Shown here one piece after another: positions 28,783-39,275 of a DNA stretch of 64,000 bases. This DNA is from Anaerobutyricum sp. (lineage in GTDB: Bacteria; Bacillota; Clostridia; Lachnospirales; Lachnospiraceae): NCBI GenBank assembly GCA_045112755.1, contig JBGUIF010000095.1:384-64383 (forward strand). The letters are read 5' to 3'. Position 1 is the stretch's first letter. Each line of letters opens with the position of its first letter. Below the pieces are notes generated by a model. It made no database searches and had not been told where the DNA came from. It was given only the letters and a program-made list of their open reading frames with translations. Position numbers and translations under genes: made by a program.

Positions 28783-28806
28783 TGTAAGTCAGCCTCCTCT
28801 CTCAAA

Positions 28807-29115
28807 TTAGTCGATCACTTCGCCGGTGGTCTTTGCGAAACGAACCTTTTTGCCATCTACGAACTTGAAACCGACTCTTGTGGGCTGACCCTTGTGGAGC
28901 AGCATTACGTTAGAAACGTCGATCGGTCCCTCCTGCTGAATAATGCCGCCCTGCTGATTCTGCATGCTGGGCTTGGTATGCTTTGTGAGCATATTGACAC
29001 CTTCAACGATAACTCTGTGCTTCTTAACGTCAACAGAGAGAACCTTGCCTTCTTTATCGATATCTTTACCGGCAATTACTTTTACCATATCGTCTTTCTT
29101 GATCTTATGAGCCAC
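28807..29115 (-). CDS. rplX: 50S ribosomal protein L24
   Basis: 102 aa with a KOW motif. Confidence 0.96.
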   Translation of the reverse strand: MAHKIKKDDMVKVIAGKDIDKEGKVLSVDVKKHRVIVEGVNMLTKHTKPSMQNQQGGIIQQEGPIDVSNVMLLHKGQPTRVGFKFVDGKKVRFAKTTGEVID

Positions 29116-29127
29116 GAAAATACCTCC

Positions 29128-29496
29128 TTATAATACTTCCGGTGCTAAGGAAACGATCTTCATGAATTTCTTCTCACGAAGTTCTCTGGCAACCGGTCCA
29201 AAAATACGTGTTCCTCTGGGAGTATTATCCTCCTTGATGATAACTGCAGCATTTTCGTCAAATCTGATGTAGGAGCCGTCTTTGCGGCGGGCACCTTTGA
29301 CAGTACGGACAACAACGGCCTTAACCACGTCACCCTTCTTTACAACACCGCCTGGTGTTGCATCTTTAACCGTAGCAGTGATGATATCACCGATATTTGC
29401 ATATCTTCTTGTTGAGCCGCCCATAACACGAATACAAAGAAGTTCTTTTGCTCCTGTATTGTCAGCAACTCTAAGTCTCGATTCCTGCTGGATCAT
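29128..29496 (-). CDS. rplN: 50S ribosomal protein L14
   Basis: 122 aa, [18 protein letters not shown] start. Confidence 0.97.
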   Translation of the reverse strand: MIQQESRLRVADNTGAKELLCIRVMGGSTRRYANIGDIITATVKDATPGGVVKKGDVVKAVVVRTVKGARRKDGSYIRFDENAAVIIKEDNTPRGTRIFGPVARELREKKFMKIVSLAPEVL

Positions 29497-29520
29497 AGTC
29501 TTATTCTCCTTCCGTGTTAT

Positions 29521-29775
29521 TTATTTAGCCTTCTCAATAATCTCGACAAGTCTCCACCTCTTATCCTTGGATAAAGGTCTTGTCTCCATAACTTTCACTC
29601 TGTCGCCCACACCGCACTCATTGTTCTCATCGTGAGCCTTTAACTTGTAAGTTCTTTTAATAATTTTATTATATAAAGGATGCTTTACGTTATCTGTAAC
29701 GCTGACAACGATCGTCTTATCCATCTTATCGCTTGTTACGAGACCTACACGGGTTTTTCTCAGATTTCTTTCCAC
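29521..29775 (-). CDS. rpsQ: 30S ribosomal protein S17
   Basis: 84 aa in the canonical position. Confidence 0.96.
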   Translation of the reverse strand: MERNLRKTRVGLVTSDKMDKTIVVSVTDNVKHPLYNKIIKRTYKLKAHDENNECGVGDRVKVMETRPLSKDKRWRLVEIIEKAK

Positions 29776-29795
29776 AGTAAATTCCTCCTTCCCGA

Positions 29796-29999
29796 TTAAT
29801 CAGCGTTCTTCTCGACGATGATACTCTGAATTCTTGCGATGTTTCTTCTGACTTCCTTGATGCGGCTGGTGTTATCCAACTGATTTGTGGCATTCTGGAA
29901 TCTCAGATTGAATAATTCCTTTTTAGCAGCTACTAATTCATCATTAAGTTCTGCGACGGATTTTGTTCTTAAATCTTCTACATACTTAGTTATTTTCAC
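29796..29999 (-). CDS. rpmC: 50S ribosomal protein L29
   Basis: Start probably the second GTG (29999), about 10 nt after GAAGG. The ORF track extends to 30008. Confidence 0.9.
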   Translation of the reverse strand: MKITKYVEDLRTKSVAELNDELVAAKKELFNLRFQNATNQLDNTSRIKEVRRNIARIQSIIVEKNAD

Positions 30000-30426
30000 T
30001 GTTATCACCGCCTTCTAAATCTGCTTTGGAAACAATCTTGCACTTGACAGGAAGCTTATGCATAGCCAGTCTCAGGGCCTCTTTTGCTGTCTCCTCAGGT
30101 ACACCTGCAACCTCGAACATCACGCGGCCCGGCTTAACAACTGCAACCCAGTACTCCAATGTTCCTTTACCGGAACCCATACGGGTCTCAGCGGGTTTTG
30201 CTGTAACGGGCTTATCCGGGAAGATCTTGATCCATACCTTACCGCCACGCTTCATATAACGGGTCATGGCAACACGGGCTGCCTCAATCTGATTGGATTT
30301 GATCCAGGCGGGATCTGCCGCCACAAGACCGTACTCACCATATGTGATCGTGGTACCTCTTCCTGCCTTGCCGGCCATGGAACCACGGAACTGTTTACGA
30401 CGTTTTACTCTCTTAGGCATTAACAT
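29986..30426 (-). CDS. rplP: 50S ribosomal protein L16
   Basis: 146 aa, [15 protein letters not shown] start. Confidence 0.97.
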   Translation of the reverse strand: MLMPKRVKRRKQFRGSMAGKAGRGTTITYGEYGLVAADPAWIKSNQIEAARVAMTRYMKRGGKVWIKIFPDKPVTAKPAETRMGSGKGTLEYWVAVVKPGRVMFEVAGVPEETAKEALRLAMHKLPVKCKIVSKADLEGGDNSENN

Positions 30427-31088
30427 TATTTATCGCTCCCTTCCTTGGTATCCTTTGCAGGAAGTACTTCACCGTGATAGATCCACACTTTAACGCCAAC
30501 CTTGCCATAAGTAGTATTGGCCTCTGCGAATCCATAGTCAATATCTGCTCTCAGTGTCTGCAGCGGAATTGTTCCCTCGCTGTAGAACTCTGTACGAGCC
30601 ATATCAGCACCACCAAGACGGCCGGCACACATAGCCTTGATTCCAAGAGCGCCATTTCTCATGGTTCTCTGCATACAGGACTTCATGGCACGACGGAAGG
30701 AGATACGGTTCTCCAGCTGCTGGGCAATATTCTCAGCCACAAGCTGGGCGTCCTTATCCACGTCAAATCTCTTTACTTCTTTAATCTCAATGATCAGCTT
30801 CTTATCTGTAAGCTTCTGAAGCTCTTTCTTCAGCTCCTCGATCGCAGAACCGCCACGGCCGATTACGATACCCGGCTTTGCAGTGTGGATGATGATCTTC
30901 ATACGGTCAGAAGCACGCTCGATCTCAGTCCTGGAGATGCCGGCACTGAATAAACGCTTTTTAATATAAGTTCTGATTTTGTTATCTTCAACAAGATAGT
31001 CTGCAAATTCTTTCTCTGCGTACCATCTGGAATCCCAATCCTTAATGATTCCGACTCTTAAACCATGAGGATTAACTTTCTGTCCCAT
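30426..31088 (-). CDS. rpsC: 30S ribosomal protein S3
   Basis: 220 aa, [13 protein letters not shown] start. Confidence 0.97.
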   Translation of the reverse strand: MGQKVNPHGLRVGIIKDWDSRWYAEKEFADYLVEDNKIRTYIKKRLFSAGISRTEIERASDRMKIIIHTAKPGIVIGRGGSAIEELKKELQKLTDKKLIIEIKEVKRFDVDKDAQLVAENIAQQLENRISFRRAMKSCMQRTMRNGALGIKAMCAGRLGGADMARTEFYSEGTIPLQTLRADIDYGFAEANTTYGKVGVKVWIYHGEVLPAKDTKEGSDK

Positions 31089-31099
31089 TGTAAACCTCC

Positions 31100-31486
31100 T
31101 TATCTCTCATCCAGAATAACTGTGATATGGCTCTGTCTCTTCTCGATTCTGTAAGCACGACCCTGTGCTCTTGCACGGATTCTCTTCATTGTCGGTCCCT
31201 TGTTTGCGTAGCATTCTGCCACGTAAAGGTTATCTCTGCTCAAGCCATTGTTGTTCTCTGCATTTGCCACTGCAGACTTTAAGAGTTTTCCGATGAGTTC
31301 GGAAGCATATCTTGGGTTATATTCTAAAATCGCAAGGGCTGTGTTCACGTCCTTGCCGCGGATTGCGTCGAGTACGAAACAGGCCTTTGTCACAGACACT
31401 CTGGCATAAGAAAGCTTTGCAGATGGTCTGTTATCTTTATTTGCATTTCTTTCTCTTTTAATTTGGGATCTATGTCCTTTTGCCAT
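31100..31486 (-). CDS. rplV: 50S ribosomal protein L22
   Basis: 128 aa in the canonical position. Confidence 0.96.
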   Translation of the reverse strand: MAKGHRSQIKRERNANKDNRPSAKLSYARVSVTKACFVLDAIRGKDVNTALAILEYNPRYASELIGKLLKSAVANAENNNGLSRDNLYVAECYANKGPTMKRIRARAQGRAYRIEKRQSHITVILDER

Positions 31487-31514
31487 GGATGAACCCTCCT
31501 TTCAGGCGTATGTA

Positions 31515-31796
31515 TTATCTGACTCTGGATTTCTTCTCGTCTTTGCCGTGACCTCTGTAGGTTCTGGTGGCAACGAACTCGCCAAGCTTGTGACCTACCA
31601 TATCCTCTGTTACGTATACCGGCACATGTCTTCTTCCGTCATGTACAGCAAATGTATGGCCAACGAAGGACGGGAAGATCGTGGAACGGCGAGACCAGGT
31701 CTTAATAACACTCTTGTCGCCGGACTGATTCATCGCATCAACTTTCTTTAATAAACTTGCATCAGCAAATGGTCCTTTTTTCAGTGAACGAGACAT
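31515..31796 (-). CDS. rpsS: 30S ribosomal protein S19
   Basis: 93 aa, [10 protein letters not shown] start. Confidence 0.97.
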   Translation of the reverse strand: MSRSLKKGPFADASLLKKVDAMNQSGDKSVIKTWSRRSTIFPSFVGHTFAVHDGRRHVPVYVTEDMVGHKLGEFVATRTYRGHGKDEKKSRVR

Positions 31797-31812
31797 TCCT
31801 CTACCTCCTTAA

Positions 31813-32655
31813 TTATTTAACGTTCTTGCCGTCTCTTCTTCTGACGATCAGCTTGTTAGACTGCTTGTTCTTCTTTCTCGTCTTTAAGCCGAGTGCAGGC
31901 TTGCCCCAAGGTGTGCTCGGGCCCGGACGACCGATGCCGGCCTTACCTTCTCCACCACCATGCGGGTGGTCATTCGGGTTCATAACAGAACCACGCACTG
32001 TCGGGCGGATGCCCATGTGGCGCTTACGTCCTGCCTTACCGATATTGATAAGGTCATGCTCGATGTTTCCAACCTGTCCGATTGTAGCACGGCAGTTCAG
32101 AGGTACCATTCTCATCTCTCCGGATGGAAGTCTTAATGTAGCGTACTTGCCTTCTCTTGCCATAAGCTGGGCAGAGTTTCCGGCGGACCGAACCATCTGG
32201 CCGCCCTTTCCGGGATGAAGCTCAATATTGTGAATTTCTGTACCGATCGGGATATTTGCCAGCGGCAGGCAGTTTCCGATGTGGATCTCAGCTTCCGGTC
32301 CGTTCATAACAGTCTGTCCGACCTCGAGCTTATAGGGAGCGAGGATATAGGACTTCTGGCCGTCAGCGTAGCAGATCAGCGCGATGTTGGCTGTTCTGTT
32401 GGGATCGTACTCGATACCGATAACTTTTGCCGGGATTCCGTCTTTGTTTCTCTTGAAATCAACAAGTCTGTATTTCTTCTTGGCTCCGCCGCCCCGATGT
32501 CTTACAGTAATCTTGCCCTGGTTGTTGCGGCCGGAGTTTTTCTTCAGGTTATATGTTAAGGATTTCTCAGGGGTCTTCTTTGTGATCTCGGAGAAATCAG
32601 AACCGGTCATGTGTCTTCTGGAAGGTGTATATGGGTTATAAGTTTTGATTCCCAT
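31813..32655 (-). CDS. rplB: 50S ribosomal protein L2
   Basis: Start set at the ATG (MGIKTYNP) after AAGGAG. The ORF track begins at an upstream GTG. Confidence 0.96.
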   Translation of the reverse strand: MGIKTYNPYTPSRRHMTGSDFSEITKKTPEKSLTYNLKKNSGRNNQGKITVRHRGGGAKKKYRLVDFKRNKDGIPAKVIGIEYDPNRTANIALICYADGQKSYILAPYKLEVGQTVMNGPEAEIHIGNCLPLANIPIGTEIHNIELHPGKGGQMVRSAGNSAQLMAREGKYATLRLPSGEMRMVPLNCRATIGQVGNIEHDLINIGKAGRKRHMGIRPTVRGSVMNPNDHPHGGGEGKAGIGRPGPSTPWGKPALGLKTRKKNKQSNKLIVRRRDGKNVK

Positions 32656-32737
32656 GCCTTTCACTCCTTTCGTTTCCGAATATTTAGTATCACGCTTTTA
32701 TGCGTATAATTTCAAGTCCGTTTTTCCCGAAGATCTT

Positions 32738-33037
32738 TTACAGACCCTCAAAAATCTGGATATCCTCGCTCTCCTCTGTAAGAGTAACGATGGCTTTCTT
32801 CTTCGCTGAGGTTCTTCCGTATACCATACCTCTTCTCTTCTTCTTGCCTTTGAGGTTCATGGTATTAACAGAATCAACCTTTGTTCCCTCGAACATCCTC
32901 TCAACAGCTTCCTTAATCTGGCTCTTGGTTGCTTCCGGATGTACGTAGAATGTATATTTCTTCTCGCCCATAGCGGTCATAGACTTCTCAGTTACGACCG
33001 GTCTTAAGATGACGTCATAATACTTTAAATCTGCCAT
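32738..33037 (-). CDS. rplW: 50S ribosomal protein L23
   Basis: 99 aa in the canonical position. Confidence 0.96.
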   Translation of the reverse strand: MADLKYYDVILRPVVTEKSMTAMGEKKYTFYVHPEATKSQIKEAVERMFEGTKVDSVNTMNLKGKKKRRGMVYGRTSAKKKAIVTLTEESEDIQIFEGL

Positions 33038-33669
33038 TATGCGTATACCTCCTCAAGCTTCTTCACTGCTGCTTCAGTGATAACAACGGTATCGTACTTT
33101 AAGATATCGTATACGTTGATCGTGTTGGTCTCAGCTGTCTTAACATCCTGGATGTTGGCTGCGGAAAGCTTTACTTTATTGAGGTCTGCTGCGGAGCTCT
33201 CCTCTGTCACGATGAGGGCCTTGCCTACCTTTAAAGCGTCGAGCATCTTCACGATGGTCTTTGTCTTGATCTGATCAAGCTCAATCTTGTCCACAACGAT
33301 GAACTTGCTGTCCTGTACTCTGGATGTCAGAGCGGACTTAAGAGCTGCAACCTTTTCTTTCTTGTTCACCTTCACGGAGTAATCTCTGGGTGTGGGGGCA
33401 AATACAACGCCGCCGCCTGTCCACTGGGGAGCGCGGATGGAGCCCTGTCTTGCATGTCCTGTACCCTTCTGTCTCCACGGTTTTCTTCCACCTCCGCGAA
33501 CCTCGCCGCGGGTCTTGGCCTTCTGTGTGCCCTGACGCTTGTTTGCAAGCTGGGCAACCACTGCCTGATGTACTAAATGTTCATTTACCGGCACTGCAAA
33601 GATAGAATCGCTTAACTCGATCGTACCAACCTGAGCACCTTCCATATTATAAACAGATACTGATGCCAT
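33037..33669 (-). CDS. rplD: 50S ribosomal protein L4
   Basis: 210 aa, [19 protein letters not shown] motif. Confidence 0.97.
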   Translation of the reverse strand: MASVSVYNMEGAQVGTIELSDSIFAVPVNEHLVHQAVVAQLANKRQGTQKAKTRGEVRGGGRKPWRQKGTGHARQGSIRAPQWTGGGVVFAPTPRDYSVKVNKKEKVAALKSALTSRVQDSKFIVVDKIELDQIKTKTIVKMLDALKVGKALIVTEESSAADLNKVKLSAANIQDVKTAETNTINVYDILKYDTVVITEAAVKKLEEVYA

Positions 33670-33695
33670 CTGTAAGTCCTCCTTCCTTCAAGCGC

Positions 33696-34325
33696 CTACG
33701 CTTTAACTGCGGATTTCAATGTTACTAAGGATTTCTTCGGTCCGGGAACGGAGCCCTTCACCAGAATAACATTGTTCTCTGTATCTATTCTAACCACCTC
33801 AAGATTCTGAACTGTAACCTGTACAGAACCCATATGACCAGGCATCTTCTTTCCCTTCATAACCTTGGCGGGATCGGAAGCCATACCGTTGGAACCTGCA
33901 TGACGATGGTATTTGGAACCATGTGTCTTGGGACCGGTATGCTGGCCATGTCTCTTGATGGCGCCCTGATATCCTTTACCCTTGGATATAGCGGTTGCAT
34001 CCACTTTATCCCCTGCTGCGAACACGTCAGCCTTGATTTCCTGACCGAGCTCAAAGTCTTCAGCGTTGTCAAGCTTAAATTCTCTGACGAATCTCTTTAC
34101 GGATGTTCCTGCCTTTTCAAAATGACCCTTCATCGGCTTTGTGGATAATTTCTCTCTCTTATCCATGAATCCTACCTGGACTGCACTGTAACCATCGTTC
34201 TCAACAGTCTTAACCTGTGTCACTACACAGGGACCTGCCTGCAGTACAGTAACCGGAATTAATTCTCCGCCTTCTGCGAAGATCTGGGTCATACCGATTT
34301 TTGTTGCTAAAATAGCCTTCTTCAT
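33696..34325 (-). CDS. rplC: 50S ribosomal protein L3
   Basis: 209 aa, GMTQIF and [13 protein letters not shown] motifs. Confidence 0.97.
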   Translation of the reverse strand: MKKAILATKIGMTQIFAEGGELIPVTVLQAGPCVVTQVKTVENDGYSAVQVGFMDKREKLSTKPMKGHFEKAGTSVKRFVREFKLDNAEDFELGQEIKADVFAAGDKVDATAISKGKGYQGAIKRHGQHTGPKTHGSKYHRHAGSNGMASDPAKVMKGKKMPGHMGSVQVTVQNLEVVRIDTENNVILVKGSVPGPKKSLVTLKSAVKA

Positions 34326-34536
34326 TTTTCTTCCTCCCTGGATTTCTACAGCGGATCACATCGCCTAGACAATACGAGTGATCATTCTAGTCTACAGCGG
34401 ATTACGCTCCTTCTTTACGGTTTTCGCTGATCGACAGCCTCCTCACACACAGTTTATAAGGGAGGTCCGCCGTCCGTCCGAAGGCCGGACTATTTCGTCC
34501 CGCGCAATCATACTAGCCATAGGACATATGATAGTA

Positions 34537-34854
34537 TTATTTCTGTTTCATCTTGATGTCGATGTACACGCCAGCCGGCATCTCAAGTCTTGATAAAGCA
34601 TCAACCGTCTTCTGAGTAGGTGTGATGATGTCAATTAATCTCTTGTGGGTTCTCTGCTCAAACTGCTCTCTGGAATCTTTGTACTTATGAACAGCTCTAA
34701 GAATGGTAACTACCTCTTTCTTAGTGGGCATCGGGACCGGTCCGCTCACTTTGGATCCTGTCTTTTTTACAGTCTCGATAATGCTCTTTGCAGATGCGTC
34801 GATTAACTGATGATCGTACGCCTTCAACGTGATTCTCATAATTTGACTTGCCAT
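34537..34854 (-). CDS. rpsJ: 30S ribosomal protein S10
   Basis: 105 aa, [13 protein letters not shown] motif. Confidence 0.97.
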   Translation of the reverse strand: MASQIMRITLKAYDHQLIDASAKSIIETVKKTGSKVSGPVPMPTKKEVVTILRAVHKYKDSREQFEQRTHKRLIDIITPTQKTVDALSRLEMPAGVYIDIKMKQK

Positions 34855-35089
34855 AAAAAAAGTCGCCTCCTTTTCGCACTGAATCGTAGTACGACAAGCG
34901 GTGACTGTACACTCTTCCGTGTGTGTCAGGAATGACTACACAGGATTGCGCCTCTCGGCGCTGTCTAGTAAAATGTTGGTACAGTGACTTGTCGCCAGTT
35001 TCTTTAACTTGACATTCGCTCCACGGAAAACCTGCATCCATGTGCAGCAACCTCACGCTTCACAGCTATCATGTCACACAGCACCTAAT

Positions 35090-35117
35090 ATTATACATGA
35101 ATTCAACAATAAATCAA
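35090..35117 (-). promoter_or_regulatory. candidate S10-operon promoter
   Basis: On the minus strand, TTGATT, 16-nt spacer, TATAAT about 235 nt upstream of rpsJ, which implies a long leader. Confidence 0.45.
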
Positions 35118-35157
35118 GCCTAAGTTTTATTTTTTTCTTTTTCTGCCCTGATTCTTT

Positions 35158-35748
35158 TTAATCTGCTTCTGACCGGGATCCAGATTCCTTCTCTCGGGCC
35201 CACAAATAACAGAAAGCCTGGGTTCTGGCAGCAAAGCACTCTCTGCCAAGAAGTTCTTTTACTTCCTGCCTGGTATACCAGCCGGGTTCAATCTCTTCCC
35301 GGCTGGAGATGCTTTTACTGAACTCTCCCCGGGCAGTACCAAAAATACAGATACACATTTCATTGCTGAAGCCAACACAGGTATAGCTTCTGTCAAGCAC
35401 GTCTGACACTTCCAGAAGTTCAAGGCCGGTCTCCTCCAAAAGTTCCCGCCTGCCCGCGGTGACGGCATCCTCGCCCGGGTCAATGAGCCCTGCGGGAAAA
35501 TTGTATACCCATTTTCCCATAGCTAAACGATACTCCCGGTTCAGGAGCAGCCTGTCCCCCGATTTGTCCGTCAGGATCATCACTACCGCCTCGGATTTCA
35601 TATTATTCAGTTCTTCAAAAGTAGTCATATTCCGATTGTGGCTGACTGTCTCATAAATGATTTCCTGACCGTCCGCCGTCTCATAAGCAACGTCATATCT
35701 GTGTATGTATTTCCCCTCATGTACTTTTTTAATCCCTCTGAATTCCAT
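35158..35748 (-). CDS. NUDIX hydrolase (ADP-ribose pyrophosphatase-like)
   Basis: Nudix box GLIDPGEDAVTAGRRELLEETGL. Confidence 0.88.
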   Translation of the reverse strand: MEFRGIKKVHEGKYIHRYDVAYETADGQEIIYETVSHNRNMTTFEELNNMKSEAVVMILTDKSGDRLLLNREYRLAMGKWVYNFPAGLIDPGEDAVTAGRRELLEETGLELLEVSDVLDRSYTCVGFSNEMCICIFGTARGEFSKSISSREEIEPGWYTRQEVKELLGRECFAARTQAFCYLWAREKESGSRSEAD

Positions 35749-35784
35749 GACTGCCTCCTCTCATACTCCCGGCCAGATCTCCTG

Positions 35785-36930
35785 CTATTTCGTCAGCTCA
35801 TCATCCGTCAGTTTATAATCGGAAGAGATGGGCGTGTATCTGTCCCTGATTCCCCCGGTCGTGACCACATTCTTATTCTCATCCACCAGAATCCCCTCGG
35901 CACCATAGGACTCCAAAAGGGCAAGTGCTTTCTCTTTTCCCAGAACAAAACAGGCTGTAGACAGTCCGTCGGAGAGCAGACCGCTGCCGCAGATGACCGT
36001 CACGGAAATCAGCCCGCTCCGGGCGGGATATCCGGTATGAGGATCCAGGATATGATGGTATCGTTTTCCGTCCTGCTCAAAATATTTCTCATAGTCTCCG
36101 GAGGTGGAAACATAGTTGGTCCCCTCCAGGCTGATGTAACCCATCAGTTCCCCCGTTTCCCCACGGGGATCCTGTATGGCCACCTTCCAGGCCTCACCGT
36201 CCGGCTTGCTGCCATAAACCAGATTACTGCCGCCGATGGATACCACCGCGCCGGTCACACGTCTGGATCCTTCCAGAAAGGCTGCCGCCGCGTCACAGCC
36301 GATTCCCTTGCCGGAGGCCCCGAAATCCAGGGTACATCCGTCATCCAGGGAAATAGTCAGGGCAGTCTCATCAAGGTGAACTTTATTCCATCCGCATTGA
36401 TCCAGTACTTTTCTTATCTCTGACTCTGCAGGAACCACCGGGTTTTCCCCTTCTATGTTCCAAAGATTCGTCAGAAGACCTATGGTGGGATCAAAGGCTC
36501 CTTCGCTTTTTTGTGCCAGGTCCAGACTGGCTGCGGTCCACCGGGCAAAATCTCTGCTGATCTCTGTGGCAGTCCCTGACTGAGAATCCTGATTGACCCG
36601 GGCGATCTCGCTGTCAGAAATCCGCCAGGACAGTTCTTTTTTCTCCAGCCTGGACAGCAGTTCCAAAAGATCTTCCGTCAGATCTTCCGTCCCGTAGATT
36701 TTAGCCTGAAAAACTGTATCCATGACAAAGTCTGTCCTGCTGTATTCCTCCTGGTTCCCCGCTGCAGATGTCTCCTCTTTTAACCGGTTCTTTCTGTCCC
36801 CTCCGGAATAACCCGGCCCGCAGGATGACAGAGCGAGAATTACTGCCAGGCCTGCGCTGAGAAGGTATCTGTATTTTTTCTTCCTATTATTTATTTTATG
36901 GTTTCTTTTAATTCTATCATTTGTAAACAA
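35785..36930 (-). CDS. apbE: FAD:protein FMN transferase (ApbE family) lipoprotein
   Basis: Lipobox LSSCG and ApbE-like core (DPTIG..., HHILDPHTGYP). Apparent TTG start. Confidence 0.88.
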   Translation of the reverse strand: MFTNDRIKRNHKINNRKKKYRYLLSAGLAVILALSSCGPGYSGGDRKNRLKEETSAAGNQEEYSRTDFVMDTVFQAKIYGTEDLTEDLLELLSRLEKKELSWRISDSEIARVNQDSQSGTATEISRDFARWTAASLDLAQKSEGAFDPTIGLLTNLWNIEGENPVVPAESEIRKVLDQCGWNKVHLDETALTISLDDGCTLDFGASGKGIGCDAAAAFLEGSRRVTGAVVSIGGSNLVYGSKPDGEAWKVAIQDPRGETGELMGYISLEGTNYVSTSGDYEKYFEQDGKRYHHILDPHTGYPARSGLISVTVICGSGLLSDGLSTACFVLGKEKALALLESYGAEGILVDENKNVVTTGGIRDRYTPISSDYKLTDDELTK

Positions 36931-37020
36931 TGAATATTCCTCTTGATCTCTCTCGGCTTTGTTTGTCCGCTCCCTTGTCTTTTGTCTGCTGTCCCCGGCT
37001 CATTTTTGTCAGCTGCCCGT

Positions 37021-37533
37021 TCATTCCTGATCCAGCAGCTGCAGGATCACCGGCTCCATCCTCACAATCAGAATTCCGCTAAGAATTCCGATGACAATGC
37101 CGGCAGCCAGGCCGGAGAAAATCAGCACAGGCAGATAATAAAGGAGAGATCCGGTCTCCAGGACTGCCATAGCCACAAGAATCTGTCCTACATTATGAAA
37201 GACGCCGCCGGCGATGCTGACGCCGGTGGTTGAAAACCTGCCTGTTCTTTTCAGGCTCGCCATGACCAGCATACTCAGGATGGCCCCTGCCCCGCTGTAA
37301 ACCACAGCAAAACCGCTGCCAAAAAGAAGGCCGGAAAGGAGAACCCTGGCCAAGGCCACTCCCATGGCAGGGACGAAGCCCACTGTGTATAAAAGAATCA
37401 TATTCACGATATTGGCCAGACCCAGTTTTACTCCCGGAATCCCCAGATTGACAGGGATCAGCATCTCCAGATATCCGGCAGCCAGGGCCAGGGCAAGGAA
37501 CATACCATACAAGGCTGTTTTTTTTGCTGTCAT
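37021..37533 (-). CDS. Gx transporter family membrane protein (formerly annotated as heptaprenyl diphosphate synthase component I)
   Basis: About 170-aa polytopic protein, GYLEMLIP...GVKLGLANI pattern. Start set at the ATG at 37533, after GGAGG. Confidence 0.75.
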   Translation of the reverse strand: MTAKKTALYGMFLALALAAGYLEMLIPVNLGIPGVKLGLANIVNMILLYTVGFVPAMGVALARVLLSGLLFGSGFAVVYSGAGAILSMLVMASLKRTGRFSTTGVSIAGGVFHNVGQILVAMAVLETGSLLYYLPVLIFSGLAAGIVIGILSGILIVRMEPVILQLLDQE

Positions 37534-37579
37534 TCCAGACCTCCACTGCATTCAGGCAAAACTTTCTATCCAGGTCAGA

Positions 37580-38458
37580 TCAACCCACATTCCCCGTCCA
37601 TCTTCCACTGGCACCACAGGGAAGAATCAGACCGGAAGCTGTCACCGGCAGACCGATCTCCTCTGCTTCCACCCTTCCGCCGCGTTTCTTTGCAATGGCT
37701 GTGCCAAGCATATAGGACAGAACAGCCGGCTGAAGACCTGTAGTGTATGAATTAATCAGGAAAAAAAGCGGGTCATCGGACAGAAGATTCTGACAGAGCC
37801 GGATCAGGGGAAATACCTTCTCTTCAATCTTCCAGATTTCTCCCCGGGGCCCCCTTCCATAGGAGGGAGGATCCATAATAATCCCATCATATTGGTTTTT
37901 CCGGCGGAGCTCTCTCTCCACAAATTTCACACAATCATCCACCAGCCAGCGGACAGGCCTGTCTTCCAGGCCGGAGAGGACCGCATTTTCCTTTGCCCAG
38001 CCTACCATGCCCTTGGAGGCATCCACATGGACAACAGAGGCCCCCGCAGCTGCCGCACTCAGAGTCGCCCCTCCCGTATAGGCGAAAAGATTTAAAACTT
38101 TTACCGGCCGCCCTGCCTTCACTCTTTTCCGAATCAAAGACGAGAACCAGTCCCAGTTTACTGCCTGCTCAGGAAAAAGTCCTGTATGCTTAAAATGGAA
38201 GGGTTTCAGGCCAAAGGTCAGGTCCTTGTAGCCAATCTGCCACTGTTCCGGAAGATCAAAGAACTCCCACTCCCCACCACCGCGGCGGCTTCTATGATAG
38301 TGGGCATTCAGCTTCCTCCATCTGCGGTCTTCCTTTTTGGTCTCCCAGATCACCTGGGGGTCCGGGCGAAGCAGAATATACCTGCCCCATCTCTCCAACT
38401 TCTCCCCCCCGCTGCAATCGACCACTTCATAGTCCTTCCATTGATCTGCAATCCACAT
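37580..38458 (-). CDS. class I SAM-dependent methyltransferase (RlmI/RlmK-like catalytic domain)
   Basis: VLNLFAYTGGATLSAAAAGA.VVHVDASK SAM-binding motif and IIMDPPSYGRG. Confidence 0.8.
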   Translation of the reverse strand: MWIADQWKDYEVVDCSGGEKLERWGRYILLRPDPQVIWETKKEDRRWRKLNAHYHRSRRGGGEWEFFDLPEQWQIGYKDLTFGLKPFHFKHTGLFPEQAVNWDWFSSLIRKRVKAGRPVKVLNLFAYTGGATLSAAAAGASVVHVDASKGMVGWAKENAVLSGLEDRPVRWLVDDCVKFVERELRRKNQYDGIIMDPPSYGRGPRGEIWKIEEKVFPLIRLCQNLLSDDPLFFLINSYTTGLQPAVLSYMLGTAIAKKRGGRVEAEEIGLPVTASGLILPCGASGRWTGNVG

Positions 38459-38564
38459 AGTATGACCTCTCTTCTATCATCACAATCTGCCTTCTTCGTG
38501 AAATCCTTCTATATTATAAGTAGAAGGGAGATTGAAACTCCACCTGATACAATCTGACGAATAA

Positions 38565-38590
38565 AGCCGCCGCTATAAAAAAGCGGCGGC
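38565..38590 (-). terminator. terminator hairpin after the desulfoferrodoxin gene
   Basis: GCCGCCGCT-loop-AGCGGCGGC followed by TTTATT on the minus strand. Confidence 0.6.
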
Positions 38591-38616
38591 CATAAATTCA
38601 CAATATAGTTCTTTTC

Positions 38617-38994
38617 TTATTTTCCCTGCCATAATCCGTGAAGATTACAGTACTCTAAAGCATACTCAAATTCATCGCCGTCTGCCAGAACGAACTCTGC
38701 GTAAGGCTTGTCCTCCGGTGTGAGCTTTGCAATCTGTCCACCTTTTTTGGTGGCGATGGCAATAAACTGAATATAATGCTTCTCCATCATCGGATGCTCA
38801 ACTTCTCCAACTGCAACCTTTACAACATTTCCATCAACTGTCACAGCGGGAACATGTTTCTCTGTTGCTGCATCTGTTGTTCCGGGAACCAATACCTCCA
38901 TATCCTGACCACAGCACACCGTCGGAGCAGGTGAATCCTGAAGTGTTGCAATCATCTTGCCGCAGATAGCACATTTGCTAATTTTCCAATCCAT
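38617..38994 (-). CDS. dfx: desulfoferrodoxin (2Fe superoxide reductase)
   Basis: N-terminal CxxC...CC desulforedoxin motif plus SOR domain (EKHVP, HPM..KHYI, CNLHGLW). Start set at MDWKISK. Confidence 0.9.
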   Translation of the reverse strand: MDWKISKCAICGKMIATLQDSPAPTVCCGQDMEVLVPGTTDAATEKHVPAVTVDGNVVKVAVGEVEHPMMEKHYIQFIAIATKKGGQIAKLTPEDKPYAEFVLADGDEFEYALEYCNLHGLWQGK

Positions 38995-39275
38995 GATAAA
39001 TACCCCTTTCCCGGCAGTCTCATTTGACACGAACCGCCAAAACAACGTTCAGCGGGCAAAGATCCCAGCCGGTTGCCGTGGCATGTCTGTCTTCCGCTGC
39101 CTGTTCGTAAATTATGAGCATCCATTCTTTACCGCGAAATCCTGATCAGGGTGTCTTTAACTGCTTTGCTCAAAAATGTATCTTGCCTTGAAATCCACAG
39201 TACAAAACCCCGTCGAAACCAGAATCGGACTCCGAACGGATACTAGCCTAATAATACATGATGGACAAGCGAATG

